Assembly: GCA_041665345.1 (NCBI GenBank)
Contig: JBAYJA010000001.1
Span: 201,206-265,205 of the forward strand
Source of the DNA: Patescibacteria group bacterium
GTDB lineage: Bacteria; Patescibacteriota; Patescibacteriia; PEXW01
Length of the DNA: 64,000 nt
Direction of reading: 5' to 3'
Part shown: positions 38,543 to 47,462 of the stretch, one piece after another
Layout of the letters: every line of letters starts with the position of its first letter
Position numbering within the stretch: the stretch's first letter is position 1
Translations under genes and position numbers: made by a program
The notes under the pieces: model-generated
What the model was told of the DNA's origin: nothing
What the model saw: only the letters and a program-made list of their open reading frames with translations
The model's database searches: none

Positions 38543-38672
38543 ATTTCCTCCCTGTCATTGGGTTAATACTGTTTGTTTGAATGAGCCTAGCAAAGAGTGA
38601 GAAGGTGTGTCAAATTCATGAGTAGAAAAAGAGCAACCCGGGTGAGTTGCTCTTAAGAAATTTTCCGCGAAT

Positions 38673-38858
38673 CTACGAAATCTCGTATATAAGACCGCAC
38701 TTGTCACATTGAGACACTTCGATAGCCCCTTCATGCGTTTGCATCGCCGATTGTTGCGGAGGGTGAACCTTAACCCAATTTCGCTCTTGAATAATAGTGC
38801 CGCCGCATGCAGTTGGCTTGCCATTCTCCATTCGGAGTACAGTGCATTTTTTTTCCAT
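38673..38858 (-). CDS. Small Zn-ribbon-like protein
   Basis: C-x10-CGG...CDKCG; own promoter and terminator. Confidence 0.65.
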   Translation of the reverse strand: MEKKCTVLRMENGKPTACGGTIIQERNWVKVHPPQQSAMQTHEGAIEVSQCDKCGLIYEIS

Positions 38859-38935
38859 ATTTCTCAACCTTTCTTTTGGGTTTCAAAGGAATTTACCAAA
38901 ATGTAATTCTTGTGTCAAGGGTAGAAAAAACCGCT

Positions 38936-39559
38936 TCAGAGGGAAGCGGTTTGCGTTAGAGCATTCTTTGGTTTTTTGATGAAGATCACCAGGGTGGCAA
39001 TGCTATTGAAGAGCACGCCCAGGCCTGGGTAGAGGAGAGCCAGGAATTGGCCATCCCAGCGGAGCAGGACAATGCAGAATGTCAGTGCATGGCAGACGGT
39101 CCAGAGTACCCACGGTAGGGGACGTTCGGTGTGCTTTCCACCCCACACACTACTCACCATCGTGAAGAAGGAAATGGCAATTGCCATTTGGATGAACACA
39201 TTGCCGTACCAGGCATTGCCAGAGAACACCCAGCAGAGAATTGCACCAACCGCAATGCAAATAGCAATTTTATCGCGCTTCGTGACCTGGCGCATTCGGC
39301 CTTTCCACAGACAGTAGCTGAACATCAGCGTGCAGTTAAAGGTGGAGACGACGCTGTTAATGGCCTTCACCCAATCGTGCGTGCCGGTTTGGTAGGTGAG
39401 TAAATTCACCACGGTTACCACAAACCAAATGGCCCAGGCTGCCGGGTTGGGGGTAATCCCACCTCGTCGGTCTTGGTAAAAGTAGAAACCTATTGCAGTA
39501 AGGTTTACCAGAATGAGTACACCACCAAGGAGCAAGCTTAGACTTCGATGTTCTTCCAT
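38936..39559 (-). CDS. Multi-TM membrane protein, paralog of 37143-37751
   Basis: TPNPAAWAIW, ERPLPWVLW, LLYP. Confidence 0.8.
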   Translation of the reverse strand: MEEHRSLSLLLGGVLILVNLTAIGFYFYQDRRGGITPNPAAWAIWFVVTVVNLLTYQTGTHDWVKAINSVVSTFNCTLMFSYCLWKGRMRQVTKRDKIAICIAVGAILCWVFSGNAWYGNVFIQMAIAISFFTMVSSVWGGKHTERPLPWVLWTVCHALTFCIVLLRWDGQFLALLYPGLGVLFNSIATLVIFIKKPKNALTQTASL

Positions 39560-39565
39560 ATAAAC

Positions 39566-40231
39566 CTACTTCCTCCAGAACTTCGCCATGTAGGCAAAAT
39601 CGCATAGCGGGGTAAGGGTGACGTGCATGTGCACTTCCCGAGCCAGCTGTTCGATCATGAGTTTACTATAGGAAAGGGAGAACATACCATCGTCACTCAC
39701 GATTGCTCCTTGCAGCCGGTCATGCCGCGCATTCTTCCAGCCTTCCTCGGTGTACATTTGCACGCGCTTGGCAATTGCCCGGAGCGTGGGTGGATAGAAG
39801 TCAGCGTAGACAACCGGCGCCACACGTTGCATTTCTCGCAGTGCACCAATGTGGTCGTCCAGCGTTCCTAGGGTACCCATATTCATCACCACAGCGTCAA
39901 AGGTATTTTTGGCAAAGGGCAGCTGCATCACATCGCCCTGCAGGAAGTGGACATTTTGCAATCCCCGCTGCAGCAGATATTCTGTCGCCCGCGCAACCAG
40001 GATCGGGTGCAGTTCAATGCCCACTACTTTCTGGTTGTACGCCGAGAGTGTAAACGCGTCATGCCCCAACCCTGCGCCGGCAACCAGTACTCGTTGGCCT
40101 TGAATGTACTTTGCAAAGAATGCATTTTCAGCTTCAAAGAATTGTGCACGAATTTGTGATTTTTTAGGATCGTGCGCTGCTTCTAAGCGGGCAATGGCTA
40201 TCCCACTACTATTCAGGTAATCAAGAGCCAT
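39566..40231 (-). CDS. Class I SAM-dependent methyltransferase
   Basis: VLVAGAGLG motif I, VVGIE, GDVMQLPF...FDAV; AAGGAGG RBS. Confidence 0.88.
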   Translation of the reverse strand: MALDYLNSSGIAIARLEAAHDPKKSQIRAQFFEAENAFFAKYIQGQRVLVAGAGLGHDAFTLSAYNQKVVGIELHPILVARATEYLLQRGLQNVHFLQGDVMQLPFAKNTFDAVVMNMGTLGTLDDHIGALREMQRVAPVVYADFYPPTLRAIAKRVQMYTEEGWKNARHDRLQGAIVSDDGMFSLSYSKLMIEQLAREVHMHVTLTPLCDFAYMAKFWRK

Positions 40232-40359
40232 AGCTCCCTCCTTTATGAAATTGTGAAAGATCGGTAATTGGCTACAGTACAATACCCGCGCAGGTTCGTC
40301 AATAAGAAAAACCGCCACAGGGGTACTGGGCGGTTCATATGATGATGATTTTGGAATCC

Positions 40360-40680
40360 TTACGTTTTCGGTTCAACGTGCATTTTAGTGATTGCGCTTT
40401 TTACTCGCCGCACCCCGAGAAAGAGGCTGAGGGTGTAAATGACGAATGCAGCGTCGCTCGTTAGTATCTCAAACATGGTCTTCGGGGCACTTTCAAAAAG
40501 TCTTTGCATCATGACAAGAACCACCACACTCATGATGGCGGAAATGAAGAATTCCAGAACCATGAGCTGCGCTATCCAAAGTCTTTTCTTTTTCGTCTTC
40601 TGGGCTTGCCTCACAAAGAATACTTTTCCTGTGCTAGAAAAGAGCAAGACGCCGAAGAGGAGGAGAATATTCCAGAACAT
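40360..40680 (-). CDS. Three-TM hypothetical membrane protein
   Basis: Own promoter, GGAAGG RBS, terminator. Confidence 0.7.
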   Translation of the reverse strand: MFWNILLLFGVLLFSSTGKVFFVRQAQKTKKKRLWIAQLMVLEFFISAIMSVVVLVMMQRLFESAPKTMFEILTSDAAFVIYTLSLFLGVRRVKSAITKMHVEPKT

Positions 40681-40796
40681 TTTTCCTTCCTTTTTTGGAT
40701 TTTTCTGTTCTGTGCAACATACCGCGCTTCTATTTGTACGTCAATAGCGGATTGCAAAAACCGCCTAGGATGTACCCAGGCGGCAAGAGTGATGAT

Positions 40797-41120
40797 TTAG
40801 TTTTTTGTGACCTGATACGTTGGCTCATGGAGAGCAATGATGCCTTTTAGTCCACCCCCTATGAAACCACAGCCGATTAGCAACAGCTGGAAGTTTGTTG
40901 TTGGCGGGACACCATTCGAGAGAAAAATGAGACCCCCGAAGACAAATTCTAAGATGCTAGCCCCGCCAATCGCACATACAATGGGGTATGCAATTTTACA
41001 AATCCAGATGCCGCGCGCATTCCCCGAGCGGTATGCCCGCTGCAGGAGGGGCCGAAAACCAAATCTTGCCCAGAGTAGGCTCAAAAGAAAAATTACACTC
41101 GTAGAAATGAAAAGTACCAT
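40797..41120 (-). CDS. Three-TM hypothetical membrane protein
   Basis: GGAG RBS, hydrophobic segments, terminator. Confidence 0.7.
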   Translation of the reverse strand: MVLFISTSVIFLLSLLWARFGFRPLLQRAYRSGNARGIWICKIAYPIVCAIGGASILEFVFGGLIFLSNGVPPTTNFQLLLIGCGFIGGGLKGIIALHEPTYQVTKN

Positions 41121-41144
41121 TTTGCTTCTCCTGGTTTACAATAT

Positions 41145-41648
41145 TTATACCAAGCTCAGGCCAAAGTAGTAGTGGTAGGCGTTATCCTCTAATACTATTG
41201 GATTTCGTGAGATAGTCTCGAAACCTTTGAACCGCGTAAAACTATTCAGCCGTTCAGCAGGCGTTAGAGTGTTTTGGTAGAACCAATATTCTCCTGTTTC
41301 GATTGGCTCAGACGTATCGAGACCGCGGCCACCTTTGAACGTCTTGCTTTGGTATGCGTGCGTCAGGACTCGTTTCAGGAATGGGATTACCTCCGGTGGG
41401 TACACACCACCGTAGGCCATCATCCATACTGGAATGTCGTCTTGGAGAATAGTCGTACTCCCCGCACTTTTCCTAGTCCCAGGATTTGCAATAAAAATAT
41501 CGCGGAGGTACAGTCCGTTCTTTTTGTACTCGTACCCTTTGTACCCCGGCATGCCTGCCACGGGTTGTGCCTGCGTGTTGGGATTGACCCAACCCTGGAG
41601 CATGGCCTCAAAGAAGAAGGCCTCAATTTCCTTCATGTCAACGATCAT
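41145..41648 (-). CDS. DUF5680-like protein
   Basis: Y.D....G...I...PVWMM.YGG...FLK.AL...F.GGRG..F.G.E.I pattern. Confidence 0.7.
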   Translation of the reverse strand: MIVDMKEIEAFFFEAMLQGWVNPNTQAQPVAGMPGYKGYEYKKNGLYLRDIFIANPGTRKSAGSTTILQDDIPVWMMAYGGVYPPEVIPFLKRVLTHAYQSKTFKGGRGLDTSEPIETGEYWFYQNTLTPAERLNSFTRFKGFETISRNPIVLEDNAYHYYFGLSLV

Positions 41649-41761
41649 AGAACACCTCACATTTTTGTAGTTTTTTCGTTCCCACAAGTTTATACCACTC
41701 AGAGTGTGTGTCAAATGAGAAAAGCCACGTCCGGGGGCGTGGCTTTTGTAGGGTACAAGTT

Positions 41762-42253
41762 TTAGTCGTCTGACCCGCAGTCGGAGGAATCCGAGCTATC
41801 TGATGCGTCATCTGAATCGTTGTTGTCAGTAGAGTCTGATTGCTCTACTGAGTCGCCACGTTCCCGATCAACCTCGTCGTGTTGATTCACGGGTTGATCA
41901 TCTTGATCCAGTGCTCCAGCGATAGCTCCTAATGTTGTGTCTCCGGTGAGACCGGTGGCCATAGCGGCGGTCAGGCCGTCACCCCCAGCAGCCTCGGCAA
42001 TGATGGCCGCGGCAAGTGGGTCACTGTTGGGACTTCGGCTATCATTGTGGATGGGGCTGTATGGCTCAGGATCGCGATGCTTCGTAGGTGTTGCCATTCT
42101 GTTGGCAAACTTTCCGCTACTCGCTCCAGGGCGAATTGCATGCGCTGGCCAGTTGATACGACCCGTGCCGTGGCAGCTCGGGCAATCTTTTTCCTGTCGC
42201 CACAGAAAGCCACAGCGTTTGTAGCCTTTCCCATTACAATTTTGACATTCCAT
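41762..42253 (-). CDS. Protein with DnaJ-type Zn finger (CxxCxGxG x2) and acidic Ser/Asp tail
   Basis: CQNCNGKG...CPSCHGTG; AAGGAGA RBS. Confidence 0.75.
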   Translation of the reverse strand: MECQNCNGKGYKRCGFLWRQEKDCPSCHGTGRINWPAHAIRPGASSGKFANRMATPTKHRDPEPYSPIHNDSRSPNSDPLAAAIIAEAAGGDGLTAAMATGLTGDTTLGAIAGALDQDDQPVNQHDEVDRERGDSVEQSDSTDNNDSDDASDSSDSSDCGSDD

Positions 42254-42371
42254 TGGTCTCTCCTCTTTATTCGTGTGCCTTGATTTTTGTTAACAAAAGA
42301 GTGTATCTGAAAATGGAAAAAAAGTCAAGCCCAGCACGAAAAACCCCCGCACAGTGCAGGGGGTTGCTGGC

Positions 42372-42647
42372 TTATAAAACACCTCTCGTCTTTCTACTCA
42401 GCCAGTCAAAAGTACGGCACATTCTGCGCCCACCGCCTATGCTCACCCCCAGAACCAGTAGGCTTGCGATGATCAGGAATATGCTTCCCGCAAGATCTCC
42501 GGTGGTTTCGGCTCGGGGGACGTAGAATATACAGCCGGTGATTATGCCAAGGCTGCCAATGAACACGAAGAAGCCATTGATGAGCCGTGCAAATGATCGG
42601 AATTCTGGTTCGGTATCAAACCTTTGAACGAGCAATGCGGGTGCCAT
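42372..42647 (-). CDS. Two-TM hypothetical protein
   Basis: GAGGAGG RBS, TTGACA-16-TAGAAT promoter, terminator. Confidence 0.7.
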   Translation of the reverse strand: MAPALLVQRFDTEPEFRSFARLINGFFVFIGSLGIITGCIFYVPRAETTGDLAGSIFLIIASLLVLGVSIGGGRRMCRTFDWLSRKTRGVL

Positions 42648-42740
42648 TTTTCCTCCTCTAGTGAAAGTATTTTCTCCATTCTACGTCCTTTGGTAGGCAT
42701 GTCAACTTGGGCATTGGTCTGTTGACGGTTCCACAGCGTA

Positions 42741-43385
42741 GCGCTAGGCTTTGAGCAAATTGCTTTTTTCCAAGGAGGAGACATGTTTGGTAGGTGGTTG
42801 AGATCCAAAAAAGGGATGCGGGTTGTTGCCGCGGCAGGTGCAGTACCTCAGCCCGAGAAGCTCCCAACGGCGCACGATGAGGTAAAAATCGTGCAACAAT
42901 CAGAGATGCTACGGATTTATAGTTGTGGGCATCGTGGCAGCAAGGAATACGCTCTGGATATTTACGGTCAGGTAAGTCAGCGCATTACCGACACTTCGGA
43001 TTGTCCGATGTGCCGAGTAGCGAGAATAAAAAAACACACAATCAGATGCGCTGCTTGCGGGCTGCCTATTTTTCCGGGTGAGGGTGTGGCGCTCTACGCT
43101 TTTGACGGTGAACTTTTTGACCGAAACAAATGCACTTTTGTGAAGGAGAGTGTGCTTGGGTGCATGCGTTGGGACTGCTGCCCATCTGGTGCATTCTTCG
43201 CGGGCAATTGGTCGGAACAAGGTTTTGTACCGCGCTTTGCGGGGAACAACACCATGGGCGAGCAGTGTGTGCAAGACAATGAGTAGCACCTTTCTACAAG
43301 ACAGGCACGGAAGTCCGGCCTGTCTTTTTCTATTATATTGACGCCAGAAATGAAGCGCGCTAGGCTTTGAGCAAATTGTTTTTTC
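42741..43385 (+). repeat. Direct repeat of promoter/leader (42741 and 43357)
   Basis: GCGCTAGGCTTTGAGCAAATTG(C/T)TTTTTT preceded by TTGACG and followed by AAGGAG in both copies. Confidence 0.85.
42783..43286 (+). CDS. Cys-rich hypothetical protein
   Basis: YSCGH, CPMC, CAACG, CMRWDCC; AGGAGG RBS. Confidence 0.75.
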   Translation: MFGRWLRSKKGMRVVAAAGAVPQPEKLPTAHDEVKIVQQSEMLRIYSCGHRGSKEYALDIYGQVSQRITDTSDCPMCRVARIKKHTIRCAACGLPIFPGEGVALYAFDGELFDRNKCTFVKESVLGCMRWDCCPSGAFFAGNWSEQGFVPRFAGNNTMGEQCVQDNE

Positions 43386-43401
43386 AAAGGAGAGTTTATC
43401 T

Positions 43402-43956
43402 ATGCGCACATTCTTTGCCGTGCTCATTGCTACTTGGTTTGGCTCAGGATTCATTCCTCGGATTCCCAAGGTTACCACCCGCGGTTTTGCGGGGACGTGG
43501 GGTTCGCTGGCAGCACTGCCACTGTGCATTTGTACACTTTGGCTATGTCATCAACTTCCACTTCTCGACGGTTGGATGCTGTACGCCAGCATAGTAGGAA
43601 GTGTCATGCTCCTCGGTGCCTGGTCCCTGGAACCCGCCATGGCCTGGCTCAGCGGCTGGCTGGTGCGGCATCGGCAGCGTGACCGGAAAATGTTCCACGA
43701 CCAGTACGAAGTGGTCATTGATGAGGTCTTTGGGATGCTCATTAGCTGCGCCCCGTTGTACTTCCTCCCGGACGTGCCACTGTGGCTGGGTCTTGGATTG
43801 AGCTTCCTCTGCTTCCGGATTTTTGACGGCACCAAGCCCTGGCCAGTGCGGTACTTTGACCAGCAGAAATCACCCCTGAGCATCATTTGGGATGATGGGG
43901 TTGCTGGACTTATGGCGGCAGCAGTCGTCACCATAATTTTACAAGTTTTTTTCTAA
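43402..43956 (+). CDS. pgpA: Phosphatidylglycerophosphatase A
   Basis: ATWFGSG, GTWGSL, VVIDEVFG, FRIFD..KPWP, DDGVAG. Confidence 0.92.
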   Translation: MRTFFAVLIATWFGSGFIPRIPKVTTRGFAGTWGSLAALPLCICTLWLCHQLPLLDGWMLYASIVGSVMLLGAWSLEPAMAWLSGWLVRHRQRDRKMFHDQYEVVIDEVFGMLISCAPLYFLPDVPLWLGLGLSFLCFRIFDGTKPWPVRYFDQQKSPLSIIWDDGVAGLMAAAVVTIILQVFF

Positions 43957-44037
43957 GCACAACTTACAGGCTGGGGAACCAGCCTGTTTTCATAACCATG
44001 AGAAAAAAGACCTTCAGCGTGGGCTGAAGGTCAGAGA

Positions 44038-44265
44038 CTAGTGGACACCCTCCGGGTGCTTACGGATGTACTGGATAAGGAAGAACAGGCCAATGCCAGC
44101 ACAGCCACCAAGCAGTGGACCAAGCCAGTTCCAGTAGGTACCAAGGCCAGGCTCCAGAAATGTGAGAATGCCGACCGTCATCCAGCCAATGAGGATCCCG
44201 ATGGCAGAGAAAATAACGGCTAGCACAAGGAGCGTCAAAAGGTTCTTGGATGACGCTGGTTGCAT
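44038..44265 (-). CDS. Small two-TM protein
   Basis: AAAGGAGG RBS, own promoter (44331) and terminator (44003). Confidence 0.7.
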   Translation of the reverse strand: MQPASSKNLLTLLVLAVIFSAIGILIGWMTVGILTFLEPGLGTYWNWLGPLLGGCAGIGLFFLIQYIRKHPEGVH

Positions 44266-44382
44266 GGCCAGCCTCCTTTCAAAGAGAAAAGCGATGTTGG
44301 TACTTCTACCCTAGGCGTGTGTTGGCAACCTGTCAAAGTGGGGTACCAAAAACCCTTCGCTTTCGCGAAGGGCTGTATAGGC

Positions 44383-44517
44383 TTAGGCAGCTGCTGTCTC
44401 CACTGTTGGCTCTTTGTCCAGCTCCACGTGGAGTTGGGTCAGGGCGTCCAGGACCTCGTGGTACCCCAGCTGGGGGTGGAGCTCGCTGCGGAGTGCTTCA
44501 ATGCGTTGGATATCCAT
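44383..44517 (-). CDS. 44-aa small protein (below ORF-track cutoff)
   Basis: MDIQRIEALRSELHPQLGYHEVLDALTQLHVELDKEPTVETAAA; sits between promoter TTGACA-17-TACGAT (44570) and terminator at 44348. Confidence 0.6.
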   Translation of the reverse strand: MDIQRIEALRSELHPQLGYHEVLDALTQLHVELDKEPTVETAAA

Positions 44518-44599
44518 AGAAAAGTAGCGGTAAAAGTGAACCGGATATCGTAGCACGGGGTGGGTTTCTTGTCAATCCTGGGTAAGAAAAAGTCCCTTC

Positions 44600-45019
44600 C
44601 TAAGAAGGGACTTGGGTTGGACACGCAAGAAGATCGAAAACGTCCTGGCAAAGGGAGAGTTTGCAAATTTTCATGTACAGGATTTCCAGCGCACCCCGAC
44701 GATGCGTAAAAAGCTCTACCATTGCATACGCAATCTGATCCGCATCTTCTACCTCCACGAGAAAGGTATGGAAGAAGAATTGTTCAATGTCGCGGTCAAG
44801 AATGGCCGCACACTTCAGCATTTCCGCAAAGACCACTTGGACCGGAATGAATTGCGCCGCGGTGTGCACGAGAACTAGCTGTTCATTCCGTGGGATATCC
44901 TTCTGCAAAAATTGTTTCAAGATCGCTTTTACATTTTCTAGTAAAATTGTCTCATCTGGGGAGCGTGCTTTTTGGATTGCTTGGACGAATTCTGTTACAT
45001 GTTCGTTGTGGTGTGCCAT
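44600..45019 (-). CDS. Hypothetical helical protein
   Basis: AAGGAGG RBS, 139 aa, terminator overlapping stop. Confidence 0.7.
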   Translation of the reverse strand: MAHHNEHVTEFVQAIQKARSPDETILLENVKAILKQFLQKDIPRNEQLVLVHTAAQFIPVQVVFAEMLKCAAILDRDIEQFFFHTFLVEVEDADQIAYAMVELFTHRRGALEILYMKICKLSLCQDVFDLLACPTQVPS

Positions 45020-45082
45020 GACGCCTCCTTCATGTTTCGTGCATTTTTTCTTCTGGTCTTTTGTGCTACCTTAGCCGTACCT

Positions 45083-45673
45083 ATGCCAGCTGTCAAACGA
45101 AAAAAAGCACCGAAGACTGTTCCCAAACTCCAGCCTTTTCCCGGGGGTTTGACCATTTGTTACGTAGGCAACGGAAAGGGGAAAACGACGGCTGCGGTAG
45201 GAGTGGCCGTGCGCGCGGCCGGGGACGGGAAACGTGTCCTCTTCTTTCAATTTTTCAAAAGTCCAGAGTGGCCATCTGGGGAACGGGAGAGTTTGCGGAA
45301 GCTGGGCATCCAGGTGGAAGTACATGGCAAGGGGTTTGTGGGCATTTGGGGGGACAAGAAACCCAAGGCGGAGCACCAAGCTGCAGCACGCGCGGCGTTG
45401 GGGAAAGCCAAGCGCCTACTCATTGCAAAGAAGTTTGATGTCATTATTTTGGATGAACTCATTTCCTGCGTGGAGGAAGGGTTGCTGAGCGTGAAGGATG
45501 TTGTTGCACTCATCCAAGCGAAACGTGATAAAGCAAAAAATCTCCACCTCGTGCTCACCGGGCACACCAAATATTCAGCGATTCTCAAAGTCTGTGATGT
45601 GGTGTCGGAAATGCAAATGGTGAAGCATCCGTTCTACCAAGGTTTCTTGGCGGTGAAGGGGATTGATTATTGA
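45083..45673 (+). CDS. cobO: Cob(I)alamin adenosyltransferase CobO/BtuR
   Basis: GNGKGKTTAA.G.A.RA.G, QFFK, ILDEL, LVLTG, SEM..VKHPF..G..A.KGIDY. Confidence 0.93.
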   Translation: MPAVKRKKAPKTVPKLQPFPGGLTICYVGNGKGKTTAAVGVAVRAAGDGKRVLFFQFFKSPEWPSGERESLRKLGIQVEVHGKGFVGIWGDKKPKAEHQAAARAALGKAKRLLIAKKFDVIILDELISCVEEGLLSVKDVVALIQAKRDKAKNLHLVLTGHTKYSAILKVCDVVSEMQMVKHPFYQGFLAVKGIDY

Positions 45674-45721
45674 AGGGGAATAAGCGAGTTAGCAAATTGG
45701 CGAGCTTGCGAGTTGAGATGA

Positions 45722-46003
45722 GGGTAGAGCCGCCCGCCCCGACATCCCGTTGTGGGATCGTCGGGGTAGAGATCTTGGAGGTATAGTCCTTGAACTAAAG
45801 ATACAAGAACGGTCTACGCTTCTGATTAGCAGGGTAGGGTGGGGCTTTTATGCCCCGTCCACACAAGTTTGTTACATGGCTATTTCGAAGGCCGAGGCAT
45901 GAAAGCCTCGGCTACCCACCACAGGGTAGCCGCGAGCCCTCGCTCGCGGCTGAGGGGCAGAACAACTTCCAACTAAGGCCAAAGCGAGGGCTTTGGCCTA
46001 CCC
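45722..46003. repeat. REP/REPIN-like cluster (GGGTAG + palindrome units as inverted doublets)
   Basis: Units at 45832(+), 45891-45917(-), 45924(+), 45977-46003(-); plus CCCCGAC..GTCGGGG element at 45737. Confidence 0.8.
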
Positions 46004-46087
46004 GCGTTTGAAAAAACTAAGGTTTTGTTTTCTATTTACTCTGCCGTAGTCTTTGCTAGACTAAAGGCAACAACACAAGGAGGAAAA

Positions 46088-46192
46088 ATGCAAATTGTAG
46101 CTTGGATTGTGGTAGCCTGCGTGGCAGCAATTATTGTCACTTATGCTGGAGAGGGAGTCTGGCCCTGGCAGATACCAAGAAAGAAAAGGTAG
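46088..46192 (+). CDS. 34-aa single-TM small protein
   Basis: AAGGAGG RBS; MQIVAWIVVACVAAIIVTYAGEGVWPWQIPRKKR; terminator AAAAGGTAGC..GCTACCTTTT. Confidence 0.65.
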   Translation: MQIVAWIVVACVAAIIVTYAGEGVWPWQIPRKKR

Positions 46193-46263
46193 CGTAAGCT
46201 ACCTTTTTTGTATGTGAAAGAGACCAGCAGGGTTGCTGGTCTCTAAAAAAGAATGGTTAGGCA

Positions 46264-46815
46264 TTAATTTTTGCTTTTCAGAATCGAGTCCGCTTCAGCA
46301 AGGACCGGACTGCTGGGAGTGCGTTCTTGGTCTTCAATTTTGGCAATGAAGGCTTGCGCAATGCCATACAGCAGGAGGAGCGAAAAATCATCGAGGTTGA
46401 GGTCTTGTTGCAAAGCGGCAAGTGCACCCCACCAATCTTTGCACGTAGAACGAATTTTTGAACGGACGGTATTCGGATCCCATCGACCCTTCGATCCTTT
46501 TCTAAATACTGACTTGATATCCGCACGGGTAACGAGTACCGAGTAATGTGCATATTCTTGCTGAAGTGGCCTGAGGAGCAGGACGAGAAACGCGGTTTGC
46601 GCTAGCACTTTACGTTTTTCCTCCTCTGACATATCCCTTGCCTTTTTTGGAGTAGCGGCCGGTGTTTTCCCCCTCACGTTATCCACCAGCAAGCAGGCGA
46701 TGGTGTCAAAAGTCTCCTGCTGCATAATGCCAAACAAGAAGCTGTCCAGCTTGATGGTTGGATTTTTCAAAAATTGTACTGTTTCTTCAACTGATTCCTT
46801 GGAAACCTGTAACAT
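46264..46815 (-). CDS. Hypothetical protein, paralog of 46926-47462
   Basis: Own promoter (46875) and terminator GAGACCAGC..GCTGGTCTC; shared motifs with neighbour. Confidence 0.75.
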   Translation of the reverse strand: MLQVSKESVEETVQFLKNPTIKLDSFLFGIMQQETFDTIACLLVDNVRGKTPAATPKKARDMSEEEKRKVLAQTAFLVLLLRPLQQEYAHYSVLVTRADIKSVFRKGSKGRWDPNTVRSKIRSTCKDWWGALAALQQDLNLDDFSLLLLYGIAQAFIAKIEDQERTPSSPVLAEADSILKSKN

Positions 46816-46925
46816 TTTTCCTCACTTTTTTGGTGCTGTGTTTATCAAGAGAAAGTAGGTCAGGGTTAGGCTTTTGTCAAGTGAATATGAAAAGAGACCA
46901 GCGGGGTTGCTGGTCTCCAATGAAC

Positions 46926-47462
46926 TTATACGGCTTGAGGCCCAAGGATGTCCCGTAGCTGCCGCTCAATAGAAGATTCATTCTCGCGTGTTTCGTCTTC
47001 TACTTTTTCTGCAATTTTGGATATGAAGGCCTGGGCGACTATGAATACAGAGAATTGTGATTCTTCATGAAGTACGCTCGCACACTGTTGAATGGTTACG
47101 TACCATTCTATATTAGCCTCCAGAATCTCCTGCAGCAGCACTGTAGGCTCCCACTCGCCTGCAATCCCACGATCGAAAACGGTGTTAATATCCTGCCGGG
47201 AAATTACCGGTAAACGTCCATTCCTTTGGACTTTGATAGGCAGGAGAATTAAGGCGAGCAATCTTGCCTGACCTGAAATTTCTTCGTGCTTTTCGCTCAA
47301 GCTATTCCCAGGAATATGGTCCATGTTCCCGCCACGGGTGAGAAGGTTTGCAACAGTACCATAGGCATCCTCAGTCGTGAGATTTTGCAGAAAACTTAGT
47401 AAGTTCGCGGATATACACGACGAAACGCCTTTTACAAATGCCTCATTGCTAATAGGGACCAT
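46926..47462 (-). CDS. Hypothetical protein, paralog of 46264-46815
   Basis: AAGGAG RBS; ISRQDINTVF..G..WEP vs VTRADIKSVF..G..WDP; VAQAFISKI vs IAQAFIAKI. Confidence 0.75.
   Translation of the reverse strand: MVPISNEAFVKGVSSCISANLLSFLQNLTTEDAYGTVANLLTRGGNMDHIPGNSLSEKHEEISGQARLLALILLPIKVQRNGRLPVISRQDINTVFDRGIAGEWEPTVLLQEILEANIEWYVTIQQCASVLHEESQFSVFIVAQAFISKIAEKVEDETRENESSIERQLRDILGPQAV

Larger units (their letters stand above)
37120..38652 (-). repeat. Repeated terminator hairpin family A (4 copies: 37120, 37831, 38220, 38631)
   Basis: AAAAAGAGCARCCYRGGTGAG(G)TTGCTC after four consecutive minus-strand genes. Confidence 0.9.

Noticed and set aside
37113-38652. CRISPR array or attC sites
   Set aside because: Repeats are 22-23 bp terminator hairpins spaced 390-710 bp apart by whole genes; too short for attC, no cas or integrase gene
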